Shown: positions 43,462 through 52,764 of the stretch, one piece after another
Layout: each line of letters starts with the position of its first letter
Numbering within the stretch: the stretch's first letter is position 1
Assembly: GCA_035513155.1 (NCBI GenBank)
Contig: DATKCO010000003.1
Location: forward strand, 543 to 64,542
DNA from: Gemmatimonadota bacterium
Lineage (GTDB): Bacteria; Gemmatimonadota; Gemmatimonadetes; JACCXV01; JAHWKZ01
Length of the DNA stretch: 64,000 nucleotides
Direction: 5' to 3'
Notes under the pieces: generated by a model
Told to the model about the DNA's origin: nothing
The model's input: only the letters and a program-made list of their open reading frames with translations
Database searches by the model: none
Program-made: the position numbers and the translations under genes

Positions 43462-44048
43462 GGGTCGGAGGGATCGTCCTCGCCGCCGGTCGCTCGTCCC
43501 GCATGGGGAGCGCCAAGGCGCTGCTCGAGATCGAGGGCCGGACGTTCCTCGAGCGCGCCCTCGGCATCCTTGCCGGGGGAGGCTGCGAGCCGCTCGTCGT
43601 CGTGCTGCCCGACGGCGCCTCCGCCGGTCGGGCGGGAGAGCTGGCCAGGGCCGGCGGGGCCGAGGCCGTGGAGAACCCGCTCGCCGGAGCCGAGCAGATC
43701 GACAGCCTCCGGGTCGGTCTCGCCGCCCTTCCGGACGACCTCGACGCGGCGGTCGTCCTGCCCGTCGACCATCCCCTGGCGCGCGCGGAGACGGTCCGGG
43801 CGCTCGTCGGGGCCTTCGGGGCGAGCGGAGCCCCGATCGTCCGACCCGTCTACCGCGACCGGCCCGGCCACCCCGTCCTGTTCGCCCGGGCCGTCTGGGG
43901 AGAGCTCGCGGACCCGACCCTCGACCGGGGCGCGCGCGACGTCGTCCACCGGCACGCCGGGGAGCTCCTCGACGTGCCGCTCGACGATCGCGGGGTCCAC
44001 GTCGACGTCGACACGCCGGACGACTATCGCCGGGAGGTCAAGCCGTGA
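43458..44048 (+). CDS. mocA: Molybdenum cofactor cytidylyltransferase-like nucleotidyltransferase
   Basis: 'GIVLAAGRSSRMGSAKALLEIEGRTFLERAL' is the MobA/MocA-type N-terminal motif. ATGA overlap. It follows a Mo-hydroxylase operon. Confidence 0.75.
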   Translation: MRVGGIVLAAGRSSRMGSAKALLEIEGRTFLERALGILAGGGCEPLVVVLPDGASAGRAGELARAGGAEAVENPLAGAEQIDSLRVGLAALPDDLDAAVVLPVDHPLARAETVRALVGAFGASGAPIVRPVYRDRPGHPVLFARAVWGELADPTLDRGARDVVHRHAGELLDVPLDDRGVHVDVDTPDDYRREVKP

Positions 44049-44863
44049 CGCGCCTCGACGTAGCGCGCGCCCTGGCGCTCGTCCAGGCCGCGGTCGCGGA
44101 GGGGCGGGACGCCGCGACGGCCGTGGTCGTGGCCGCCCCCGATCCGGCCCTGGTGGGACGCCGGGTCGTGTGGGACGGCGAGCGGCATCACGGAGGGCTG
44201 GGGGAGCGGTCGGCGGACGCGCGAATCCGGCGGCTCCTCAAGACGGCGACCGGGTCCGCGGGGTGCCACACGATCGCGGAAGGGCTCGAGCTCTACGTGG
44301 AGTGGTGGTCGCCCGCTTCGGAGCTCGTGATCGTGGGCGCCGGACACATCGCGCGCCCGCTCGCCGCCATCGGGCGACTCCTCGACTTCCGGGTCCTCGT
44401 GCTCGACGATCGAGCGGAGCTGACGACTCCCGAGCGCTTTCCGGGGGCCGACGTGCGGATCGTCGACTTCGCCGACCCGTTCTCGGGCCTCGAGATCGGG
44501 CCCCGGACGAGCCTCGTCCTGGTGACACGCGGCCACCGCTACGACTACGACTGCCTGCGCGCGCTCGTCCGGAGCGGGGCCCTCCCCGCCTACCTGGGTG
44601 TGATCGGGAGCCGCCGCCGGGTCCGCGCCGCCTTCGAGCAGCTGGCGGAGGAGGGGGTCGACGCCGCCTGGCTGGCGCGGATCCGCGCCCCCATCGGGCT
44701 CGACATCGGTTCCGAGACGCCGGCCGAGATCGCGGTGGCGATCGCCGCGGAGATCGTTCACGCCGTCCGCGGCGGGACGGGGCGGCCTCTCTCGGAGGCG
44801 GCCGACGTGCTGCGGCACGTGCGCGCGCTGAGCCGGTCGGCGACCGCCGGAGAGGGATCGTGA
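44045..44863 (+). CDS. xdhC: XdhC/CoxI-family Mo-hydroxylase maturation protein (with Rossmann domain)
   Basis: 'LVIVGAGHIARPLAAIGRLLDFRVLVLDDR...LVTRGHRYDYDCL...IGSRRR...PIGLDIGSETPAEIAVAIAAEI'. Confidence 0.8.
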   Translation: MTRLDVARALALVQAAVAEGRDAATAVVVAAPDPALVGRRVVWDGERHHGGLGERSADARIRRLLKTATGSAGCHTIAEGLELYVEWWSPASELVIVGAGHIARPLAAIGRLLDFRVLVLDDRAELTTPERFPGADVRIVDFADPFSGLEIGPRTSLVLVTRGHRYDYDCLRALVRSGALPAYLGVIGSRRRVRAAFEQLAEEGVDAAWLARIRAPIGLDIGSETPAEIAVAIAAEIVHAVRGGTGRPLSEAADVLRHVRALSRSATAGEGS

Positions 44864-45225
44864 GCGAGACGCTGGACGTCCTCGCGGCGTTCACCGACGC
44901 CGTGAGATCGGGACGGCCGGTCGTGCTGGCGACGATCGTGCGCGCGAAGGGCTCGACGCCCCGGGGGGTTGGGAGCCGGATGGCGATCGAGCCGGACGGC
45001 GAGGCGGTGGGCACGGTCGGCGGGGGATGCGGCGAGGCCCAGGTCCTGGAGGAGGCGCGAGCCGCGCTCGGAGCGGGCCGGGCACGACTGGTCCGCGTCG
45101 ACCTGACCGAAGACCTCTACTCGTGGAGCCCCGCCATCTGTGGCGGCGTCTTCGACGTCCTGCTCGAGCCGTGGTCGCCCGCGCGGACCCCGGGGACCCG
45201 CGGACCTCGATTCGAGGTAGAATAG
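44860..45225 (+). CDS. XdhC N-terminal-domain-only protein
   Basis: GTGA overlap start. 'VVLATIVRAKGSTPRGVGSRMAIEPDGEAVGTVGGGCGEAQV'. Confidence 0.7.
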   Translation: MSETLDVLAAFTDAVRSGRPVVLATIVRAKGSTPRGVGSRMAIEPDGEAVGTVGGGCGEAQVLEEARAALGAGRARLVRVDLTEDLYSWSPAICGGVFDVLLEPWSPARTPGTRGPRFEVE

Positions 45226-45285
45226 GGATCCCACCCGCGGGCTTCGTCCGCGGCGCGTCTCGAACCCTTCGCTCCTGGAGATCCG

Positions 45286-45993
45286 ATGGCCGTCCGTGCC
45301 GCCCTCGTCCTCGGCGTGGCGGGAATCCTCGCCGCCACCGTCTTCGGGCTCTTCCTGCGCTCCACGCGCGCCCAGCGGGACACCGTCCAGGTGACCGGCG
45401 CGGCGACCGAGCGGTTCGAGTCCGACGTCGTGAAGTGGTCGATCACGATCAGCCGCCACGTCCCCAGCGATGGCGTGGCCACGGGGTACGGCGGGTTGCG
45501 CGCGGACCGGTCGCGGGTCATCGAGCTGCTCGGCGCCGCGGGAATTCCGGAGGAGTCCGTGATCGTCCAGCCGGTTTCCGCGAACCCGCGGTGGGATCAG
45601 TTCGGGAGCCAGACCGGGTTCAGCCTCGATCAGGGGCTCACGGTGGTGGCCGAGGGCGGAGGCCGGGAGCTGGAGGCGATCGCGCTCGATCCCGGGCCGC
45701 TGCTCGAGAGCGGCGTGGTCCTCCAGTACGCGCGCCTGGAGTACTTCTTCTCGGGGATCGACGAGCTCAAGCACTCGCTCCTCGGCCAGGCGACCGAGGA
45801 CGCGCGGCGTCGCGCCGAGGAGATCGCCGGCGGCTCCGGCCTCGCCATCGACAGGATCGTCGCCGCGCGCGCGGGGGTGTTCCAGATCACGGAGCCCTTC
45901 TCGACCGAAGTCAGCGACTACGGTGTCCACAACACGTCGACCCGCACCAAGGAGATCACGGTCACCGTCCACGCGACCTTCCTGCTACCTTAG
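45286..45993 (+). CDS. SIMPL (DUF541) domain protein
   Basis: A signal-anchor is followed by 'VQVTGAATERFESDVVKWSITI...'. The C-terminus 'ITVTVHATFLL' is typical of SIMPL. Confidence 0.75.
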   Translation: MAVRAALVLGVAGILAATVFGLFLRSTRAQRDTVQVTGAATERFESDVVKWSITISRHVPSDGVATGYGGLRADRSRVIELLGAAGIPEESVIVQPVSANPRWDQFGSQTGFSLDQGLTVVAEGGGRELEAIALDPGPLLESGVVLQYARLEYFFSGIDELKHSLLGQATEDARRRAEEIAGGSGLAIDRIVAARAGVFQITEPFSTEVSDYGVHNTSTRTKEITVTVHATFLLP

Positions 45994-45997
45994 CGGC

Positions 45998-46771
45998 GTG
46001 CTGTTCCTCGTCACCAATGACGACGGTTACCTGGCGCCGGGCATCGGCGTCCTGTCCCGGGCGCTGGCGGAGCTGGGGGACGTCGTGGTCGTGGCGCCCG
46101 ATCGCGAGCAGTCGGCGACCAGCCATTCCCTCACCCTCCACCATCCGCTGCGGGTGCGGAAGACGGCGGCGGACCGCTATCACGTCGACGGCACCCCCAC
46201 CGATTGCGTGATGCTGGCGGTCAACGCGCTGCTGGACAGGCGGCCGGACTACGTCTTCAGCGGCATCAACCACGGCGGGAACATGGGGGAGGACGTGTCC
46301 TACTCCGGGACCGTGTCGGCCGCCATGGAAGGTACGCTGCTCGGCATCCCCTCGGTGGCGATCTCGCTGGTCCATGGAGACGAGCAGTGGCTGGCGGGAT
46401 ACGAGCAGGTGGTGCGTCGAATCGCGCGGATGATCGTGAACGAGCCGCTGCAGAAGCTCTTCCCCTCGGACACCCTGCTCAACATCAACCTCCCCGACCG
46501 CGACACCGATTCGCTGCGGGGGGTCCGCATCACCACCCTCGGCAAGCGGGTCTACGCCGACCCCGTCGTGACCGACAAGGATCCGCACGGGAAGACCTAC
46601 TACTGGATCGGGGGAGGAGAGGCGACGTGGGAGGGTCCCGAGAGCGCGGACTATCTGGCGGTCGAGAGCGGCTACATCTCGATCACCCCCGTCCACCTGG
46701 ACCTCACGAACCATCGCGTCATCCCCGATCTCCAGCCGTGGGAGGATCTGTCCCTGCGGGACGACGGATGA
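45998..46771 (+). CDS. surE: 5'/3'-nucleotidase SurE
   Basis: The GTG at 45998 gives 'VLFLVTNDDGYLAPGIGVLSRAL...GINHGGNMGEDVSYSGTVSAAMEG'. Confidence 0.9.
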   Translation: MLFLVTNDDGYLAPGIGVLSRALAELGDVVVVAPDREQSATSHSLTLHHPLRVRKTAADRYHVDGTPTDCVMLAVNALLDRRPDYVFSGINHGGNMGEDVSYSGTVSAAMEGTLLGIPSVAISLVHGDEQWLAGYEQVVRRIARMIVNEPLQKLFPSDTLLNINLPDRDTDSLRGVRITTLGKRVYADPVVTDKDPHGKTYYWIGGGEATWEGPESADYLAVESGYISITPVHLDLTNHRVIPDLQPWEDLSLRDDG

Positions 46772-47355
46772 ATTGGCACCGTCGGCTGTATCACTGGGTG
46801 CTCTCGTGGGCCGATCACCCGCAGGGGACCTGGGCGCTTTTCCTGCTGGCTTTCGCGGAGTCGTCGTTCTTCCCGATTCCCCCCGACGTCCTGCTCATCG
46901 CTCTCTGTCTCGGCCGCCCGCGGCGCGCCGCCTGGTACGCCCTCGTCTGCACGACTGGCAGCGTGCTCGGGGGCCTGGGTGGCTACGCGATCGGGATGAG
47001 CCTCTACGACGCGGTGGGAAGGCCGATCCTCGAGTTCTACGGCCTGATGGAGAAGTACGGCGAGGTCCAGGACCTCTATCGGCGCTACGACGTGTGGGCG
47101 GTGGGCATCGCCGGCCTGACGCCGATCCCGTACAAGGTCTTCACGGTTACCGCGGGGGCCTTCGGCATCTCGGTCCCGGGATTCGTGGGCGCCAGCATCG
47201 TGGGTCGCGGCCTGCGGTTCGGAATCGTGGCCGCGCTCCTGCGGCTTTGGGGAGAGCCCGCGCGCGGGTTCATCGACCGGCACCTGGGGATCCTGTCGAT
47301 CCTGTTCGTCATCCTCCTCGTCGGCGGCTTCGTCCTCGTCCGCGTCGTCCTCTGA
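46768..47355 (+). CDS. YqaA/DedA-related (SNARE-associated) membrane protein
   Basis: 'LFLLAFAESSFFPIPPDVLLIAL...GLTPIPYKVFTVTAGAFG'. ATGA overlap with surE. Confidence 0.75.
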   Translation: MNWHRRLYHWVLSWADHPQGTWALFLLAFAESSFFPIPPDVLLIALCLGRPRRAAWYALVCTTGSVLGGLGGYAIGMSLYDAVGRPILEFYGLMEKYGEVQDLYRRYDVWAVGIAGLTPIPYKVFTVTAGAFGISVPGFVGASIVGRGLRFGIVAALLRLWGEPARGFIDRHLGILSILFVILLVGGFVLVRVVL

Positions 47356-47383
47356 CCTTCCGGCTGTCGTTCGACAGAAAACA

Positions 47384-47411
47384 TTTACAAATGGAAGGAA
47401 AGCCTTATAAT
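47384..47411 (+). promoter_or_regulatory. Sigma-70-like promoter (TTTACA-16 nt-TATAAT) upstream of the Lys-rich micro-ORF
   Basis: Read directly in an unusually AT-rich spacer: 'catTTTACAaatggaaggaaagccTTATAATcg'. Confidence 0.5.
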
Positions 47412-47459
47412 CGTTTCAATTCACCGTCTTTGACCGGGACCTGAACCCACGGAGGAACG

Positions 47460-47540
47460 ATGGCCATGAAGAAGACGGCCAAGAAGGCGGCCAAGGCGAA
47501 GAAGCCGGCCAAGAAGGCGAAGAAGAGTAAGAAGAAGTAG
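47460..47540 (+). CDS. Candidate 26-aa Lys/Ala-rich basic micro-protein (histone-H1-tail/AlgP-like repeat)
   Basis: GGAGGAACG-ATG, encoding 'MAMKKTAKKAAKAKKPAKKAKKSKKK*'. It has its own promoter-like element upstream and a perfect 13-bp terminator stem downstream. Not in the ORF track (<60 aa). Confidence 0.45.
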   Translation: MAMKKTAKKAAKAKKPAKKAKKSKKK

Positions 47541-47563
47541 CTTCTCGATCCAATGCACGACGA

Positions 47564-47599
47564 CGAAGGGCCGCCCGCTGGGGCGGCCCTTCGCGTTTG
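47564..47599 (+). terminator. Intrinsic terminator-like hairpin after the micro-ORF
   Basis: 'cgaagggccgccc-gctg-gggcggcccttcg' forms a perfect 13-bp stem with a tetraloop, followed by 'cgTTTgcc'. Confidence 0.6.
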
Positions 47600-47647
47600 C
47601 CGCCGGGAGCCGGCCCGCGTACCTTGAAACTCTTTCAGGAGAATCGT

Positions 47648-47724
47648 CGGGGAGTAGCTCAGCCCGGTAGAGCACTACGTTCGGGACGTAGGGGTCGCAG
47701 GTTCAAATCCTGTCTCCCCGACCA
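47648..47724 (+). tRNA. tRNA-Pro (anticodon CGG), CCA encoded
   Basis: The cloverleaf was folded by hand: acceptor CGGGGAG/CTCCCCG, D stem GCTC/GAGC, anticodon stem CTACG/CGTAG with loop TT-CGG-GA, T loop TTCAAAT. Confidence 0.95.
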
Positions 47725-47730
47725 CGAAGA

Positions 47731-47766
47731 AGCGCGCGGAGGCCCTAGGGCCGCCGCGCGCTCTTT
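47731..47766. terminator. GC-rich hairpin between tRNA-Pro and the convergent TonB-receptor gene (possible bidirectional terminator)
   Basis: 'agcgcgcggaggccctagggccgccgcgcgct' has near-perfect arms with one mismatch. It is followed by CTTTG on the plus strand and TCTTC on the minus strand. Confidence 0.5.
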
Positions 47767-47793
47767 GCGTGGCGATCGATCTCCGGCTCGGGA

Positions 47794-50397
47794 TCAGAAC
47801 GTCAGCGTCACGCCTCCCAGCGCGCGGCTCCCGATCACCGACCCGCCGTACAGCTCGATGTGCTCCTTGTCCAGGACGTTGTTCCAGATCAGGTTCACGC
47901 GCGCCCACTCGTTGACCACGTAGCTGCCGTTGAGGTCGACGGTGGCGAACCCCGGCACGTGCCCGGCGAAGACCCCCGCCGCCCAGTCGAAGCCCTCCTG
48001 CAGGTGGACTCCCGCGCCCACGCTCCAGCGGTCGAGATTGTTGAAGGTTAACCCCAGGTTCCCCTTGTGCTGCGGGGTGTTGGGAACCAGCACGTCGCCG
48101 GGGAGCGTGCTCTCCTCGACGTTGAAGTCGAAGTACGTGTAGTTGCCGTACACCTCCCACTTCACCGCGGGCTGGAACGAGAGGCCGAGCTCGATCCCGT
48201 TCTCGGTGACCCGGCCCGCGTTGGCGTACGAGAGGACGTATTCGAGGCTCCCGTCCGGCTTGATGGAGAGCAGTGGGAAGACGGCCGCCAGCTGTCCGGT
48301 CGACAGCGCGTTCTGGATCGCCGGGACGAACGGCGCCAGCTGGGGCGCCGCGAAAGCCGGCTGGTACTGGACCAGGTCGAAGGGCATGGCGAAGGCGGGG
48401 TTCGTGATGGGGCCCGGGAGCAGGTCGGTGACGAAGTCCTCGATCTCGTTGAAATAGATGTCGGCCGTCGCGTACACCCGCCCGCCCGCCAGCGCGCCCT
48501 TCCAGCCGACCTCGTAGCCGGTGAGCTGCTCGGCCGTCAGGTCGGGGTTCCCGCGCGCGACCACCGGCGTGGGGGAGAAGTTCAGCGGCAGGTCGACCGG
48601 CATCCCCACCTGCTGGCTGATCGCGGCCTCCAGCCCGAGCTCGACCAGATGGAGGGGGATCACCGGACCCGCCGCGACCCGCAAGAACAGCTCCGAGTAG
48701 TTGGGCGTCTGGAACGCCCGATTGAAGGTGAAGCGGAGGGCGTGGTTGGCATTGGGGCTGATCACGACCGCCGCCTTCGGCGACACCTCGTTCTGGTCGG
48801 ACTCGAGCACCGAGAAGTGATCGAAGCGGGCCGCCGCCAGCAGGTTCACCATCGGATGGACCTGGAACTCGACCTGCCCGAACAGGCTCGAGATCGTGTC
48901 GTCGTGCTTGTCCTCCATGAGCGTGCCGTCCGTGTCGACCGAGACCCAGCGATTGGAACCCCCCGCCACCAGCCGGAAGCGATCGTCGGCCGTGCTCCAG
49001 TTGGCCTGCCCCTCGACGTGGAACAGGTCGGAGGACTCGAGCAGCACGGCGCCGGTCCCCAGCGCCGTCTGGTTGTTCCCCGCGCAGGTGTCACGGGGAA
49101 CGCAGAGGTCGGTGAACGCGTTCAGCGGCGGCGGCGCCGGGTTGCCTTCGCGATCGTTGGCGCGCCGGCCGCTGTACCAGCCGAAGACCGTGAAGCGATC
49201 ATCGGCGTACTGGGTGCGGGCCCAGGGCCGGTTGGAGCCGTTGATCTGCACCCGGCCGATCCCGGTGACGAAGATCTCGTTCTCGGTGAACGTGTTGCCG
49301 CCCTCGGCGGTCCAGACCGAGCCGTTGTCGAAGTTGTAGTCGAGCCGCGCGCTACCATAGAGGGAGCTGACCGGGTCGTCGATGAGGGGGATCAGCTCGA
49401 CCGGAAGCGGACCGTACTCGAGGTCGCCCTCCATGAACGTGCATGCGCGCGCGCCGGCGGGGCACTCGCCGACCGTCTCGGCCGATGTGCGGGAGGCCGA
49501 CCACGTGTCGCCGACCCGGACGTAGCCGGCGTTGGCCTTGTACCCGACTTTGCCGTCGGAGCCCACTCCCGCGTGGCGGACGTCCACGCGCGCGGTCGCT
49601 CGCTCCCCGCCGGACGCGGCGACCTTGGTGCCGACGATATCGGCGGGCGCGGGCGTGGAGATGTTGAGCACCCCGCTGAAGGCGTTGGCGCCGTAGAGGG
49701 CCGAGCCGGGGCCGCGCACCAGCTCCAGCCTGCCGAGGTCGTCAAGCGGCATCGAGAGCGCCGTCCATTCCTGGGCCTGGAGGAACCCGACGCTGCGATC
49801 GATGCCGTCCTGAAGCACCAGCACGCGCCGGTTCAGCGACGAGTTGAAGCCGCGCGCGTTGATGTTGAAGTCCTGCACACCGCTCTGGACCACGTCGATG
49901 CCCGGTTGATCGGTGAACAGTTTGGGAAGCTGGCCGTGAAGCGCCTCGCGCTGGAGCTGCTCGGGGGTCACCACGCTGACCGCGGCCGGGGCCTCGACGA
50001 TCCGCGTGGGCCGGCGCGAAGCGCCGATCACGGTGATCATCCCCATCTCCACGAATCCCGCCGGCAGGGCCGCGTCGAGGGTGACGGTCTGCCCGTCTCC
50101 CACCTCGACCTGCTCGCGGGCGGTCTCGAAGCCGAGCATCGAGAAGACCACGGTCCGGGAGCCCGTCGGAACGTTCGGCAGGCTGTACGTCCCACGCTGA
50201 CCGGTGACCGCTCCGATCCCGGTGCCGTCCACGAGGATCTGCGCGCCGGCGATGGGCCGGCCGTTGGCGGCTTCGGTCACGGTGCCGATGACGCGTCCTG
50301 TGCCCTGGCCCTGGGCCGGAACGGACGCGAGGAGCAGGATCGTCGCCGTCGCGATCGTCGACGGCAGCCAGGCGCGCATTTCGTGTGGGATCCGCAT
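47794..50397 (-). CDS. TonB-dependent receptor with N-terminal carboxypeptidase-regulatory-like domain
   Basis: Signal peptide, then 'GRVIGTVTEAANGRPIAGAQILVDGTGIGAVTGQRGTYSLPNVP' (CarboxypepD_reg). Plug region 'ITVIGASRR...'. The C-terminal beta-barrel ends '...ALGGVTLTF'. Confidence 0.9.
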   Translation of the reverse strand: MRIPHEMRAWLPSTIATATILLLASVPAQGQGTGRVIGTVTEAANGRPIAGAQILVDGTGIGAVTGQRGTYSLPNVPTGSRTVVFSMLGFETAREQVEVGDGQTVTLDAALPAGFVEMGMITVIGASRRPTRIVEAPAAVSVVTPEQLQREALHGQLPKLFTDQPGIDVVQSGVQDFNINARGFNSSLNRRVLVLQDGIDRSVGFLQAQEWTALSMPLDDLGRLELVRGPGSALYGANAFSGVLNISTPAPADIVGTKVAASGGERATARVDVRHAGVGSDGKVGYKANAGYVRVGDTWSASRTSAETVGECPAGARACTFMEGDLEYGPLPVELIPLIDDPVSSLYGSARLDYNFDNGSVWTAEGGNTFTENEIFVTGIGRVQINGSNRPWARTQYADDRFTVFGWYSGRRANDREGNPAPPPLNAFTDLCVPRDTCAGNNQTALGTGAVLLESSDLFHVEGQANWSTADDRFRLVAGGSNRWVSVDTDGTLMEDKHDDTISSLFGQVEFQVHPMVNLLAAARFDHFSVLESDQNEVSPKAAVVISPNANHALRFTFNRAFQTPNYSELFLRVAAGPVIPLHLVELGLEAAISQQVGMPVDLPLNFSPTPVVARGNPDLTAEQLTGYEVGWKGALAGGRVYATADIYFNEIEDFVTDLLPGPITNPAFAMPFDLVQYQPAFAAPQLAPFVPAIQNALSTGQLAAVFPLLSIKPDGSLEYVLSYANAGRVTENGIELGLSFQPAVKWEVYGNYTYFDFNVEESTLPGDVLVPNTPQHKGNLGLTFNNLDRWSVGAGVHLQEGFDWAAGVFAGHVPGFATVDLNGSYVVNEWARVNLIWNNVLDKEHIELYGGSVIGSRALGGVTLTF

Positions 50398-50482
50398 ACC
50401 TCTCCCCGGAAAGGTGTCTGGTCCAGAACAAGGTACGATGGATTTGGACGTATATACGCGCCGCTGAGGAGGAAGCGCAACC

Positions 50483-51256
50483 TCAATCGGAGGCGAGGAT
50501 CTCCAGGAATCGATAGGTCTCGTCGGGGGACCGGAGCCGGTATCGGGCGGCGGTCGGACCCCGGTCGTCGTCGCCCACGCGGACGGTGATCCCCTCCGGC
50601 AGCGCGATGAACGCGTCCTCGTCGGTCACATCGTCTCCGGCGTAGAGCGTGGTCCGGGCGCGGGCCCCCGGGACGCGGGCGATCAGCGCCCGTAGCGCGT
50701 CGCCTTTGTCGGGCGCCTCGGCGGGCCGGATCTCCCAGGAGGCCTTCCCCGGGCGCAGCCGGAAGCCGGCACGCTCCACCACGGGCGCGAGCCCGCGCCC
50801 GACGCGCTCGTGCAGGCCGTGGTCCTCACGCGGGCGGGTGTGGACCGTCGCAGTCAGGCGCTTGTCCTCGGCGAAGGTGCCCGCCGGCAGATCGAGATCG
50901 GAGAGGAGGGCGCGCACGCGGTCGGCGATCGCCGCCGACCCCGCGTCGTCCGCGGCGAGGCCGGGCCCTTCGATCTCGAGGCCGTGGTTCCCGACGTAGA
51001 GCGCGCTCTCGATCCCGACGCGGCTCCGCACGTCCGCGAGCGCCCGCCCGCTCACGATCGCGAGTCGCCGGGCGGGGGAGGGGATCCGCTCCAGGACGCG
51101 CAGCCGCTCGGCGGTCAGGCGCGGGGCGGCCGGATCGTCGACGATCTCGGTCAGCGTGCCGTCGAAGTCGAGCGCGACGAGCGCCGGGTCCCCCTCCGCC
51201 AGGCGCTTGCGGACGCGCGCGGCCACCGTCAGGAGCGGCCGGGGGGCTGGGCTCAC
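50483..51256 (-). CDS. otsB: Trehalose-6-phosphate phosphatase
   Basis: 'LVALDFDGTLTEIVDDP' is the HAD motif I. The GTG at 51256 overlaps the otsA stop (GTGA). Confidence 0.85.
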   Translation of the reverse strand: MSPAPRPLLTVAARVRKRLAEGDPALVALDFDGTLTEIVDDPAAPRLTAERLRVLERIPSPARRLAIVSGRALADVRSRVGIESALYVGNHGLEIEGPGLAADDAGSAAIADRVRALLSDLDLPAGTFAEDKRLTATVHTRPREDHGLHERVGRGLAPVVERAGFRLRPGKASWEIRPAEAPDKGDALRALIARVPGARARTTLYAGDDVTDEDAFIALPEGITVRVGDDDRGPTAARYRLRSPDETYRFLEILASD

Positions 51257-52764
51257 GACTCGAGGTCGAGCGAAGCGGCCTCGGCGCGCACCGAGCCGGC
51301 CGCCTCGAGGAAATCGGCCATCCACGTGTGGATCGTCTGGCGCCGAAGCTTCTGCTTCATCGCGTCCATGCGCTGTCGCCGTTCCGCGAGCGGCATGTCG
51401 AGGGCGCGCCGGAGGCTCTCGGCGAATCCCTCGGTGTCGAAGGGATTGATGGAGACCGAGCGGCCGATCTCGTCCGCGGCGCCGGCGAACTCGCTCAGAC
51501 AGACCGCGCCCGGGTCGTCGCCCTGGCTGGCGATGAATTCCTTGACCACGAGGTTCATGCCGTCCTGCACCGAGGAGATGACCGCGAGGTCCGCCATCCG
51601 GTAGAACGCCACCAGCTCGTCCTGGGGAAGCGGGTGGCGGATGTAGACGATCGGCTTCCAGTCGTCGGTCGAGAGCGCGGCGTTCAGCTCCTCGATCCGC
51701 TGGTCGACCTTGTCCTGAAGGTTCTGGTAGGCGGGAATCTCACCTCGGCTGGGCACCGCCACCTGGACGAAGGTGAAGCGTCCGGCGAGCTCGGGATGGT
51801 TCCGGAACAGGATGCGCAGGGCCTCGAGCCGCTGGAGGATCCCCTTCGAGTAGTCGAGCCGATCGACGCCGATGCCGATCTTCTGCTCCGCGAGCCCGTG
51901 CCGCTCCACGATGGCCTCGATCCGCCGCTCGGTCTCCTCGCTGGCCGCCATCTCCTCGAACCGGCCGACGTCGATCGAGATCGGGAACGCCTTGACGGCC
52001 GTCATGTGTCCCTTGTACACGACCGCCCGCTTCGTCCAGTCGACAAAGGCATCGAGCTCCCGAATGCAGCAGGTGATGAAGTTGGTGACGAAGCTGTCGA
52101 GGTGGAATCCCAGCAGGTCGTTCGCCAGGAGGCCCTCCAGGATCTGGATCTTCTGCGGGCACACCCGGAGCGTCTCCCATGCCGGCCAGGGGATGTGCCA
52201 GAAGTGGGAGAGGGTCAGGTCGGAGCGGACGTTGCGCAGCACGGCGGGCGCCATCGCGAGGTGGTAATCCTGGAACCAGACCAGCCCGCCTTCGTCGCCC
52301 GCCTCCTCGACCACGGCGTGGGCGAACCGCGTGTTGACGTCGCGATACGACCTCCAATAGCGAGAGCGGAACCGCACGTGCTCGAGGACGTTGTGGCACA
52401 GGGGCCACAACGCCTGGTTCGAATATCCCAGGTAGTAGTTGTCGATGTCGTCATCGGAAAGCCAGAGGCGTCGCAGCGTGTAACGCGGGTCCTCCGGCGG
52501 CACGCCGACGCGGTCGTGATCGTCGACGACGTCCCGGTCCGCGGACCCGTGGCCCCAGGCGATCCACGTGCCACCGACCGCCTGGAGGACGGGATCCAGC
52601 GCCAGCGAGAGGCCTCCGGCCGGGCGCTGCACGGTGACCTCGTCCTTTTCGGTGCGCATGTGGGCGTAAGGCTGCCGGTTCGAGACCAGGACCAGCCGTC
52701 CCTGGGGGAACGCCTTCCGGTAGCTGTCGCGGACGCGTGCCGGGGACCATCCCGATGTCGTCAC
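51253..52764 (-). CDS. otsA: Alpha,alpha-trehalose-phosphate synthase (UDP-forming)
   Basis: 'LVLVSNRQPY...YYLGYSNQALWPLCH...VWFQDYHL...' and the GT20 C-terminal pattern. I chose the GTG at 52764 with GAGAGGAG upstream. The track ORF extends to 52833. Confidence 0.9.
   Translation of the reverse strand: MTTSGWSPARVRDSYRKAFPQGRLVLVSNRQPYAHMRTEKDEVTVQRPAGGLSLALDPVLQAVGGTWIAWGHGSADRDVVDDHDRVGVPPEDPRYTLRRLWLSDDDIDNYYLGYSNQALWPLCHNVLEHVRFRSRYWRSYRDVNTRFAHAVVEEAGDEGGLVWFQDYHLAMAPAVLRNVRSDLTLSHFWHIPWPAWETLRVCPQKIQILEGLLANDLLGFHLDSFVTNFITCCIRELDAFVDWTKRAVVYKGHMTAVKAFPISIDVGRFEEMAASEETERRIEAIVERHGLAEQKIGIGVDRLDYSKGILQRLEALRILFRNHPELAGRFTFVQVAVPSRGEIPAYQNLQDKVDQRIEELNAALSTDDWKPIVYIRHPLPQDELVAFYRMADLAVISSVQDGMNLVVKEFIASQGDDPGAVCLSEFAGAADEIGRSVSINPFDTEGFAESLRRALDMPLAERRQRMDAMKQKLRRQTIHTWMADFLEAAGSVRAEAASLDLES

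Noticed and set aside
47363-47376. Palindrome CTGTCG-tt-CGACAG after the yqaA-like gene as a terminator
   Set aside because: A 6-bp stem with a 2-nt loop is sterically poor as an RNA hairpin. It may be a protein-binding palindrome, but I have no supporting evidence, so it is not reported as a feature.
48067-50589. 840-aa plus-strand ORF opposite the TonB-dependent receptor
   Set aside because: The minus-strand product has a signal peptide, a CarboxypepD_reg domain, a plug and a beta-barrel terminus. The plus-strand translation is an Arg/Gly/Asp-rich shadow.
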